In this document: positions 10,908 to 21,937 of the stretch, piece after piece | How the letters are laid out: every line of letters starts with the position of its first letter | Numbering within the stretch: the first letter of the stretch is position 1 | DNA from: Macrostomum lignano | Lineage: Eukaryota | Direction: 5' to 3' | Assembly (NCBI GenBank): GCA_002269645.1 | Contig: NIVC01000206.1 | Location: 372,001 to 436,000 of the forward strand | DNA length: 64,000 nucleotides | Position numbers and translations under genes: made by a program | The notes under the pieces: generated by a model | What the model was told of the DNA's origin: nothing | The model's input: the letters and a program-made list of their open reading frames with translations, nothing else | Database searches by the model: none

Positions 10908-13020
10908 TAGCTTCTGTCTGTCTGTCTTAGCTTCTGTCTTAGCTTCTGTCCGTCTGTCTGTCTGTCTGTCTTAGCTTCTGTCTGTCTGTCTGTCTGTCTG
11001 TCTTAGCTTCTGTCCGTCTGTCTGTCTTAGCTTCTGTCTGTCTGTCTGTCTTAGCTTCTGTCTGTCTGTCTGTCTGTCTTAGCTTCTGTCTGTCTGTCTG
11101 TCTGTCTGTCTTAGCTTCTGTCTGTCTGTCTGTCTTAGCTTCTGTCTGTCTGTCTGTCTGTCTTAGCTTCTGTCCGTCTGTCTGTCTGTCTGTCTTAGCT
11201 TCTGTCTGTCTGTCTGTCTTAGCTTCTGTCTGTCTGTCTGTCTGCCAGCCCAGCGGTCCCCCAGCTAACCAATGGGGCAGGAGGCGCCGTGCCGGGGCAG
11301 GCGCACCACCCGCACATCGTGGCAGAAGTATTTGCCGCCGAACTGAGCTCCGATGCCGCACTGTCTGGTGAGAGCCAGCACCTGCTCCTCGAACTGATGA
11401 TCGCGGAACGCTCGACCATGCTCGTTGCCAGAGTCGTGCAGATTGTCAAGGTAGCGAGCGGAGGCGAGTTTCACAGTCTTCAGACAGGCCTCAGCTGAGG
11501 TGCCGCCAATCACAATGGCCAGATGATAGGGCGGGCAGGCCGCTGTGCCTAAAGTCTTGATTTTCTCATCAACAAATTTGAGCAGCTTCTCAGGATTGAG
11601 CACAGATTTAGTCTGCTGATAGAGAAAGGTCTTGTTAGCCGAGCCGCCGCCTTTGGCCATGAACAAGAATTTGTACTCGCGACCGGGGGTTGAGTACAGC
11701 TCAATTTGTGCTGGCAGATTAGTGCCAGTGTTCTTCTCCTCGTACATGTCCAAGGGCGACACCTGGATGGTAGGTGGACAGTTGTACTTTGAGGATCTAT
11801 TAGAACAGAAGCTTTACTTTGAGGATCTATTAGTACAGAAGCTGTACTTCGAGGATCTATTAGTACAGAAGCTTTACTTTGAGGATCTATTAGTACAGAA
11901 GCTGTACTTCGAGGATCTATTAGTACAGAAGCTGTACTTCGAGGATCTATTAGTACAGAAGCTGTACTTCGAGGATCAATTAGTACAGAAGCTGTACTTT
12001 GAGGATCTATTAGTACAGAAGCTGTACTTTGAGGATCTATTAGTACAGAAGCTGTACTCCGAGGATCTATTAGAACAGAAGCTGTAATTCGAGGATCTAT
12101 TAGAACAGAAGCTGTACTTTGAGGATCTATTAGTACAGAAGCTGTACTTTGAGGATCTAGTAGTACAGAAGCTGTAATTCGAGGATCTATTAGTACAGAA
12201 GCTGTACTTTGAGGATCTATTAGAACAGAAGCTGTACTTTGAGGATCTATTAGAACAGAAGCTGTACTTTGAGGATCTATTAGAACAGAAGCTGTACTTT
12301 GAGGATCTATTAGAACAGAAGCTGTACTTTGAGGATCTATTAGTACAGAAGCTGTACTTTGAGGATCTATTAGAACAGAAGCTGTACTTTGAGGATCTAT
12401 TATTACAGAAGTAGCTGTATTGAAGAGAGTTATAAATCTATATCGCGGCTGCACCCTGCCAAATGAATATAATTATAATAAAATCTGTTTCGCACCTGAG
12501 AGTAGCGCAGATTAGTGCCCGTATAGGTATTATAGACGCCATGACTCAAAGCGCTAGCATCATCAGCGCAATGCGTCATAACGTATTGACCCTTCTTGCC
12601 AATGACAATGGCGGTGCCGGTGTCCTGACAGCCAGGCAGCACCATATTAGCGGCAATGTTGGCATTCTTTAACAGTTCTAAAGCCACAAATTTGTCATTC
12701 TTAGACGCCTCGGAATCTTTCAGAATGTTGGCCAGAGACTGAAGATGGCCCGGCCGCAACAGGTGAGCAATGTCAACCATGGCAGTTTGAGCAAGCAGGG
12801 TCAGCGCTTTGCCATCAACGTGCAGAATTTTCTTGCCCAAATGCTCGCTGGTGCACACATAGTCGGTGGTTAGCTTTTTGTAAGGCGTATCACTGTCTGC
12901 CGGTCGGGTCATCTCCATCACGTCCTGATAGTGAAACGGTCGTGGCGCCGTTGCTAAGCAACGGGATGAAAGGCGTGAGAGACGCCAGCTAGAGTCTAGC
13001 AGTCTTGGCAATGATTGCAT
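8313..13020 (-). CDS. fumA: Class I (4Fe-4S) fumarate hydratase, FumA/B-like, with predicted mitochondrial presequence; complete, 4 exons, 568 aa
   Basis: Exons complement(12496-13020, 11270-11762, 9559-9977, 8313-8582); GT-AG introns, 1707 nt in frame. Motifs [65 protein letters not shown] and [13 protein letters not shown]. Cys131/Cys251/Cys345 match the class I cluster-ligand spacing. The N-terminus is Arg/Ser/Leu-rich. Confidence 0.95.
8625..9420. repeat. 17-bp minisatellite (CATTCACTCACAACAAT) in fumarase intron 3
   Basis: Over 40 tandem units, degenerating toward 9420. Confidence 0.93.
10215..11244. repeat. Compound (TCTG)n array punctuated by TTAGCT, in fumarase intron 2
   Basis: Repeated TCTTAGCTTC(TGTC)n with variable n; begins ~25 nt inside the donor at 11269. 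Confidence 0.95.
11781..12412. repeat. 30-bp minisatellite (CTGTACTTTGAGGATCTATTAGTACAGAAG), ~21 copies, in fumarase intron 1
   Basis: Period 30; source of the spurious [10 protein letters not shown] and [10 protein letters not shown] ORFs. Confidence 0.95.
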
Positions 13021-14098
13021 TGTCTGTAATGGTGTTAATAGTAATTGAGTACAGCGTGAGTATTCATATTAACAAGTGATTTTTAATAGCATAATATTTT
13101 TAAGCTTTCAAGGTTAATCCAATATTGTTAAATGCTTAATTCACTAAAAAACTTTCATATTAATTGTAGTACAATAATAAACATTTTCTGGATTCGATTT
13201 TCTGATCAAGACAATAACCAGTGACAATGAACCAGTGTATGAAAATGATATTTATATAATAAATGCTCAACTAGCGTCTAGCAATAGGAGCTAGAACAGA
13301 AGCATGAAAAAGCTAAAGACAACTGATTTTAGATTTTAAATAAATACATTTATAAATTATTTTACTACAAACAATACATGTTTGCCCACTATAATTTAAT
13401 ATTTTTCTTTCTCAGACCCCCTGTCTAATTAGGCTAGCAAACGCATTCAATGGAACTGCTAAAAAATGAATGGCAGCAATGCCATTCTCCAACCCCTTGA
13501 GCAGAGGAGAGCCATGGCCTCAAGTTAAAAGAATGTAAATTATATTCTCCTCAAGTAGGTCTAATAGAATATATCATCTGGTTTTTCCTTTTTGCTTCCT
13601 AAAAGGGAAGAAAATTGCATTCTGGGTTGTAAAAATTGCATCTTAAGAAAAAACCTAAAGCCTAGGCCACACTCAAAATGATGTCCTTCTGCCTAGAAAA
13701 ATTCTGGCACACAGAAGCCTTCTTAGATCAATACGTCAGCACAATCAATGCAGAAACCACACTGTAGCAGTGTAGAGGTGCAGTACAGTGCAAGCTATGC
13801 TATGTTAAAAATGCAATATAGCAAAGTATAAAAATATAAAAATGTGATTTAAAGGTCAATTTAAAAAATTACTTTTAAACAATTTTTATTAACAACTTCA
13901 GTAAGATTTTGAAAGATATGCTTTAGTATCTTGTCTATTTTATTTAATAAATCTTATTGCCCTAAGTAAAAAGATACCCTGTTTTTTTAAATTGGTAAGC
14001 AATAAAAGTTCTTTTTGTCTTTTTATATCTTACATTTTTTAACATTTTAATCAAAAATTCAAGTACATCTAAAACAAAATATTAGGTAATTAAGAATT

Positions 14099-14101
<3 letters not shown>

Positions 14102-14140
<39 letters not shown>
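14102..14140. repeat. (TA)n microsatellite
   Basis: About 19 TA units. Confidence 0.9.
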
Positions 14141-14143
<3 letters not shown>

Positions 14144-15448
14144 CATTTGGCTTTGTATTTTTAATGACATTTGATACATTTGAGACAGTGCATTAATAAT
14201 AGTATGATACTGTATGATAGTGCTAATAGTAACTCGTTTTCTTAGAAACTTTAGTTCAAATCCGCGCTAAAAAGAAATTACTAGTATTTTGTTTAAATGT
14301 TGTGATTTACAAAAATATTTTTCACAATTATTTGTTTGACTTGATGAGAGTCTCTAGTATAAATAGAAGCCCTGAGTGGGCCAAGAAATCAACTAGTGCT
14401 TTCCGTGTGTTCTAACAGTAGCTAAAACTTGATCAGAAAATTGTTCAAAGTGACTTATTCATTTCTATAGCAAAACCCCTGCATTGGGAGAGTTCAAGAC
14501 CGCTAAAAGCAAGAAATCGCCTCAGGGCAGGAAAACAATAGTGAATTCGCCTCAGGGCAGAAGAACCGCTTCATAGCAAGAGAAGATCGCCTCAGGGCAG
14601 AAAAGGAGCATAAGCTGTGACCCTCTGATCCAGGGAACGCCCAGGACTGAGAGAATAATATTTTAGGGGAAGTATAGGAATAGAATAGACAGTGCCAATA
14701 GACCGCTCAGGCCAGAAAGTACAATAGAAGTACATATGCTACCAATAGAAGTACATGCGCTATCAGTAGAAAGACAATTAATAACCAGTAGAATTGTTAA
14801 GGAGAAATACCTTTATTACAACTTTGGTAGCATTTAGTGGTATTCTAGGTGCACAGGAAACACCCCTAGCACAGCTTGGTAACAGCAGTGAGAAATTATT
14901 AAGAAGGAAGAATCCCCCCTGTAACAACTTTGGTTACAATGGTGGGATTTTATATTGTACGGGAACACCCCTATGACAACTTTGGTGTTAGCAGTTGAAA
15001 TTTTATAGAGAGACAGAGCCCTATGACAACTTGCTAGAACATAGGCCCCAACTAATTTTCTTTAACTTTAAAAATACAAAAGCATGAAGAGGGTAGTGAC
15101 CCCTGGTCCCCCACTTTTAATCTCCAGGGTTGGTGGCACACAGATGTGGCGTGATGAGCAGGTGGGTGCAAGGGCACCTAAATGGCCACATATAAGGTGC
15201 ACTTGCACTTGTCTGCCACAAGCACATATTTTTTGTAAATCTCAGTTTTTTCAAACTTTTTTAATGAAAAAATGACATAGTTCATTATTATTCCTAAATA
15301 AAGCCTGGATAGTAATGCTTCTTCTTTATAGCAACTCCAAATAGCAATTTTACAAAGCACCAAAAAGACATTTTGCAGTCTGAGCTCATTTGGGTCATTC
15401 AACAGGTGGAGCACAACTTTTCTTTTGCATCTAGCTCTGACTCTGTAG

Positions 15449-16250
15449 TTGCTTTTAGGAGAATGTTTCCTGATTTATCAATTGCAAGACTTTTTGTTTG
15501 GCAGGATGAAAGTGATATACCTGACTATTGAAGCACTAGAACCAGAATTTATGGCAATGCTAATTGAGAAGCTATCAAAATGCCCATTCTTGGTTTTTCT
15601 CAATGAGAAAACAAGCAGAAATAGGTCCTTTGTTGCCTTTCTAGTATGCCATTTAGATCTAGATAAGAAAGAAGTCATTACTATTTGCTTAATACCATGA
15701 GAAGTGAAAAGGGTAGTACATAATTGCAAAACTACAAAAGGAACCCAGCTTCAACATATTCTCGATCTTGGTGGTTGCTCCCTACCATGTGGACAATGCG
15801 ACCAAGTATGCTATCACTGCACTGGGAGAAAAAGAGAAATTTGCCAAATACATCTTCAACTACTTTGCTATACCAAACAAAGGAAGAGTATTGAAGTGAT
15901 TCAACAAGAGTTACAAATTCTGGAACTTTCTCTATTCCAGCCAGTTGAGACCCGCTGGTTGTAGATGCATCCAGTCATCAGTCAGCTTCTTGTCGTGTGG
16001 CCTGCTTTTGAACACTTCAGCCAAGCTCCAGATGATTCCAATCAAGACATGGAGAACAAGTTGCAACTAAAGCTTGCAACTACAAACAAGACCACACTCC
16101 TGAAACTCCAATTTCTTTAGGATGCACTGCAATAGTACAAGAAGTTTGAACTTCTTTTTCAAAGGGATGAAACTCTGATTCATGTCCTTTTCCAGAAGAT
16201 GGATGATCTGTTCAAGTCTGTTTTTGTCTGCTTTGTCTCACTCAAAGGAA
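15449..16250 (+). pseudogene. Decayed hAT-superfamily transposase fragment (ZBED/ZNF862-like)
   Basis: Fragmented frames read LSKCPFLVFLNEKTS (first catalytic-D region), ILDLGGCSL-[frameshift]-HVDNATKYA (C..H motif), FQPVETRWL (hAT TRW motif) and LKLQFL*...FELLFQRDETLIHVLFQKM, with stops and frameshifts. Family call is from recalled motifs only. Confidence 0.65.
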
Positions 16251-17721
16251 GCCATAGAAGGCAGGGCTGTGCATCAAATTGACTTCAAACTCTGCAGAAG
16301 GAGTGCTAGAACCTGTTGAGTCCACAGATTCCCCAGTCAGGGGGCCTTTGCATCAGAGTTCAAGGTGCACTAGCACTAGCATGATGTCAACTATGGTTCA
16401 GGGCACAGACAGTAAGAAGAGGAAGGACTGATTCTTCAGTGCAATCATTAGTTGATTTTTTTAATGCAAATGCACAGACTTATAATATACCATTGTGTTC
16501 TTTAAAAATGTTCTCAAGAACACAAATGTAATGTCAGTATTAGTAATTAGAATTAGCTAGATTAGTTGTATAAGAATTATGTTCAATTCAAACTTACTTA
16601 CTCTCTACTAAGTTTTAATTCTTGCAATTTCACTTGAATTTCACTTAAAAAATAGACGTTGCTTACTTAGATCATTAATTAGATGTTGAGGCACTTTTGT
16701 TACTTAAAAGTGTCATAGTTACTCCTACTATTTACCTTATTACTTTTTGCTTATCTTTGGTAACATATTTGAATATTTGGATTTGGAAATTTTTGGACAC
16801 TAGGATTTGGTTTCAAAAACTTGCAAAAATCTTTATTCGGTCTTATCACTACATGGGACCCTCAGTGAAGTCTTTACTTTTATAGTTTTTCAACTTATAT
16901 GAGCAAATAGCTTATAATTTTTGTCAATTATTCCATAGTATTATATTATGTATATTATATAAGTACAAAGTTTTTTCTTACTTTTGCTATAAAAAAGTGA
17001 AGAAAAAAATTCTTAGGTGGCTAGGCCTAGGGCTAATTGCTTTGCTAGGCAGCTTTTTTAAAAGAAGATGTTATTATCTACAAAAATAAATGGATAAATA
17101 TAAATATACCAGGTAATATAGATAATCCTAGGTCAATTTGGTAGTAAAACATTTCAATGATAATAACTTTGGTGACAACTTAGGACACTATAATGACACT
17201 AGTGGTCAATTCAATAACAAGGTTTTTAGACTTGATTTTAAACTTCTTTTAATAAATAAAAAAATTGTACACTAGGCCTATCATTAATATTTTATTTGAG
17301 TGCATTTGATAGCATGAAATTATATTATAGTAGCATGCCATTCATATCCAATGGCTTAAATTGTTTTTACTTGAGTCAATAACAATTCTTTGATGCTTTG
17401 TTTTTTACTTTCAATTAAGCTTAATTATTTTTTTTCTATTGTATGCACTCTGATAGAATTTAAATGTAATAATATAATAGACATCATTTAATTGGCTACA
17501 AATGGAAATTTAAATTGCTTCTATTAGGTGTCTAACATTGTAATTATGCATATAATATATTAGGCCTAGGCCTAGAATTATGACTGCTATATTGCAATTT
17601 GCAATTGTATAGAGTTTGTTGCCTGTTTTGAGTTGTCATGTTGATTTGCAGCAATAACTAGGCCTAGTAGCAATTAGATTATATATATGTGGGACAAGAG
17701 GAAGCCTAAAGCATGAGAAAT

Positions 17722-18232
17722 GCCCATAGATGAATTGCCCACCAAGATTTGCCTTGTAGGAGATTTGCCTATTGAGATTTGTCTGCCAAGATTTGCCCAT
17801 TGAGCTTTTCCTGCAATGCATTTTGCCTGCAAGTGAATTGCCTACCAAGCTTTTTCCTACTAAGGTTTGCCAACAATGCTTTTTTTACAGTGCATTTGGC
17901 CACGTGGCAGATTTTGTCTGCATTGCCTCCTTAATACTTAGTAAGTCTTAATAAAGACCCAATTAAACATTTTGATAGTAATTGTATATCAAATGCATTT
18001 TAGGGAAGGAGACATTGCAGACAGAATATAGCTGCCAAATGTGCTATAGGAAAAAAAGCATTATAGGCAAACCTGGTGGGAAAAAACTTGGCAGCAATTT
18101 GCTCACAGGCAATAGAAAAAAACTTGTGACCATAGGCAAAATGCACTGCAGCCTATAGGCAAATCTTGGTGGGAAATTCATGGTAGGCAAATCTCCTGCA
18201 TAGACAAATCTTGGGACTTGGTGGGCAATTTG
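17722..18232. mobile_element. Foldback/MITE-like element: ~210-bp inverted arms built from AGATTTGCC/GGCAAATCT subrepeats
   Basis: AATTGCCCACCAAG (17733) mirrors CTTGGTGGGCAATT (to 18230); ATTTTGTCTGCATTGCCTCCTT (to 17932) mirrors AAGGAGACATTGCAGACAGAAT (18006); spacer ~73 bp. Confidence 0.7.
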
Positions 18233-19400
18233 TTTGCAGATTGCAGGTAATTTTCATAGACCTAGGACAAGAACTGCAATTATCAGCTTCCCTGTATCTC
18301 TAATATGCCTCCTTACTTGGGTATGACAAGAAGTTGCCATAAAGTATAAAGGAAACACATGCAGCTTGACTAGCTTGATTTCAATAATCTTTTGCTATAG
18401 TCATAGCTATAGCTATGGTATCCTATGGCAAATATAGTAAAATAGATGCCTATAGCAGCTATGGATACACCTATGGTAACTAGGCCTAGCTACTCTTACA
18501 GCTACAACTATGATAGTAGTTGCTATCACATTCCATAGATTTCCATAGCTGTATATTAGGCCTAATTTTAAAAAATTAAAAAAAAACATTTGAAACAGGT
18601 ACAATAAAACAAAGATACTTTAGTAAACTGTATTATCAACTTAAAAACTTTTAAAATATACCTAAAAAGTACAATAAAAAACTAGCAAACTATAATTTTT
18701 ATTTATATGAAAAAGTTTAGCATTAGTTCTTTTAGTAGCAATTAGGCTAAGTATTGTTGTTCTATAAAAAGAAAAAAAATATTATTTTACATAGGCAATC
18801 GAGTGTTTTTTTTATTTTCAAACTTAATTTATAGTTGTTTAAGCACCAGGTTATCTTCTTGAGTTAAAATATTTTGTTTTCTAGACTTTTTGGTAAAACT
18901 ATGGCTATGTCTACAGGAACTATGCCTATGCCCTATGGGAATATGGTAATATTGGGGAGAATTGGAATAACCCGTAGTTTTGCTTACAACTACAGCTATG
19001 GTACATGGACCCTCCTTACGGTGGAACACTGGATTTCAAGTAATTAGAAAGCAGTTTATAAAAAACTACTGCAGTTTCTCTATCTATTACCAACGAAAAT
19101 TAAAATCAAGTCTAAAAAAAGCTTGTCACTGAATTGACCACCACCACCAGTATCACCGAAAAGTCTCAAGTCAAGTTGTCACGAAGTTTTTGTCACCGAA
19201 ATGTCTTGTCAGTTGTCAACGACACCGAGTTGACCTGGGACCATACCATATGATACAGACATCTACGAAAGTAACAAAAATATATCGTTCTTTAGAACAC
19301 GAACAAGATAGATCAAAGTCAAAGTCCAAGCATTGCTCATTTTTGCTACTAACATTATGAATTAGCCTCGGCTTTGTATGGTTTGGTTGTTTGGTTTGAT

Positions 19401-19564
19401 TTCTTCTAACCAGATTCTTAATTTATAAACCGGTTTGGCGTTTTAAAAACTCTGATTCTAGGGAAAATCGTATTTTTGCAGTTTCTTCTAACCAGATTCT
19501 TAATTTATAAACCGGTTTGGCGTTTTAAAAACTCTGATTCTAGGAAAAATCGTATTTTTGCAGT
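19401..19564. repeat. 82-bp direct tandem duplication (2 copies)
   Basis: TTCTTCTAACCAGATTCTTAATTTATAAACCGG...TTTTTGCAGT at 19401 and 19483, near-identical. Confidence 0.9.
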
Positions 19565-21166
19565 CGTAGCTAGTTAAAGCCTTAAAGAGTTAAAACAAAT
19601 ATCTGATTTTAGAATTAGATTAGGTTTAGATTAAAGACAGTAGATTTTCTCTGTTTCGAAATACTTTAAACGCTTAACTTTTTCGAAGTTTCGCGTCATA
19701 ACTCTAGATCTTAACCCGAATTGCATACCCCACTTCTAAAGTAAGCTGTATAGATAAACTAAGATTGTGCGTGGTAATGTACATATACATGTCATCATTC
19801 TTAACGAATAAGAGTTACTTTCTAGGATTGAATATGGTATCCGCTGTCAGAACTCATGATCAACAGCACATACTTCTAAGCAACAAAATTGTGAGACTAA
19901 ACAATCTCGTTTACAAGTTTTTCAGACAACGTGCTGAAAATCTATGGTTTTCTCAGCCAATATCACCTGTAACGTAGTAAAAAGCTCGTGTGGATTGCCA
20001 GGCTACGACGATGTACATGTACGCATTTGTTGAACACTTTCAAAATCAAACAACAGCCCGCCAATTTTTTCTACATATGTGTAGCATGTTGCAACCACGG
20101 TCCGCGTTGCAGGGGGGCCCATTCATTTTTTGTTTCGGGCATCTCCGCTCACGCTCAGACCAGAGGCTTCGGCGTCGGGGAGATGCGGCCGCGCCGGCTC
20201 CCTGCCCCCGCTGCTGTCTCTCGTATAAAACTCCCCTCTGTAGCCTTACTGTCTGATGCACCTCGATTAGATCCGCATGGTTTTGCGACTGATCTTATGT
20301 AATTCCCCTTGATTCCCTTATAATCCCCCTGTGTCGCTGTCTCAATATATTTGCATAAGTCTATTGCTTTTCTTATTCTCTCTATTTTCACTTAGCAGAA
20401 TTATCTAGAATACATTTATATGCCTCTTTCCCATATTTTCTGCATTATTTACGTCATCTTCCCCTAGTTTAGTGCCTCCTGTTAATGTTCTCTATAGTTT
20501 TTACTCTCACACCTTTCCGATTTATACTTGCTAGCTTTTATTTCTACGCGTTACATACACCTACATAGTGCACATCACTCATGATCAACTCCCTCTTTCC
20601 CCTACAAGTGTACCCCCAACTGCTCACGCAATTCTGTCGTCAGAATTGTTGCCTCCTCCCCCGCCAATCTATATTCTCGTCTATTGCTACTTGTAGCGAT
20701 CATTTACGTAAGAATTGTCTTCCCTGTGGTTCTTTTTCCTAGCCAAATGCACACGTCGTGTCTATAGACATAGTGTAGGCAATCATCCGTGCTCCCACCC
20801 CCTCCAAATCTTCCTTTACCCTCATTGTTCTACGCTTGACCCACACGTGATATAATCCTATTTTTAGAAACAGCTATGTCGGTGACGTCAGAGACCGGAG
20901 GCCATACATTGCCAATCAGAGGGCTAGGGATCGTCATGGCAACGACCTTAGAGAGCATCACGTGATCAGCTTTGGGACTCGAATCCTTCACGAATCCTTT
21001 TGAGTCCTGGACGTCTATTGGCCGGACCGTGCCAGCAGCGTCATCTATGGCACTGATCCTACTGGGGAACAACCGGCATCAGCCTCAAAAAGCCTGGCAG
21101 TCCCTGCCGCAACATCAGCCAGCATCATCATCAACTCGCTTTTAGCCGCCTCCCGGCCTGCGACGT

Positions 21167-21167
<1 letters not shown>

Positions 21168-21208
<41 letters not shown>

Positions 21209-21340
21209 TCTATCCCCCTCTCTCTCCCTCTCTCTTTCCCTCTCTCTCTCTCCCTCTCCCTCTCTCCCTCTCCCTCTCTCCCTCTCTCTCTCTTTCCCTC
21301 TCTCTCTCCCTCTCCCTCTCTCCCTCTCCCTCTCTCCCTC

Positions 21341-21398
<58 letters not shown>

Positions 21399-21400
21399 TC
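21168..21400. repeat. (CT)n/CCCTCT microsatellite
   Basis: Polypyrimidine dinucleotide run. Confidence 0.95.
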
Positions 21401-21937
21401 TGCATTCTGCCTCCTGTGAGTCTGAGTCTGCTCCTGTCTGTCATCATCTGCTTGGCTCACTTTGGAGCTTGTGTTTGCACTTTGCTTATCGCTATACAGA
21501 GACTGAGTCTACGTTTACTGTAATTAACATTTTAAATTACTTAATAGAGAATCTATTAACCGAGCTGTACTTACTACTATTATTAAGCTTACTACTTTTC
21601 TAATTTTCCTCATTTAAACTTCAATGACTTGCTAAGCAGGCGTTGAAGCTTAAGAAAGCTGTAGAAAGCCGTGAACAGGTGGCCGGCGCTGTGAGTGCGG
21701 GATTGTGAGTGGCAGAGATGGCATTGGAAGGTTGGAAGCATCGCAATGGACAGACTTCGCAGGACCCTTCTCACACTGAACATTAGGAAACCAGTGAGTT
21801 CAGGTTCCCTCGTACCACTCTTAGTAGCCTAGCACGCTGGGATTTTCGTCAGTCACAGCCACAAAGGATCCCAGCTTCGGTCACAGGGCAACTTCCCGAC
21901 CAGCTCAAACACGATCCTCATCATCATGGCCAGGGAG

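Noticed and set aside
11549-12454. 301-aa and 151-aa repetitive ORFs ([20 protein letters not shown])
   Set aside because: Translations of the 30-bp array inside fumarase intron 1; the true exons splice around it with canonical sites.
8313-13020. Bacterial contamination or very recent HGT of fumA
   Set aside because: Three spliceosomal introns with the same repeat style as neighbouring genes, a presequence, and contiguity with DCAF7 and GABA-B genes.
20155-20830. Retrotransposon ORF or LTR in the purine-rich minus strand
   Set aside because: No RT, gag or endonuclease motif in the frames I read, no second LTR copy and no PBS seen.
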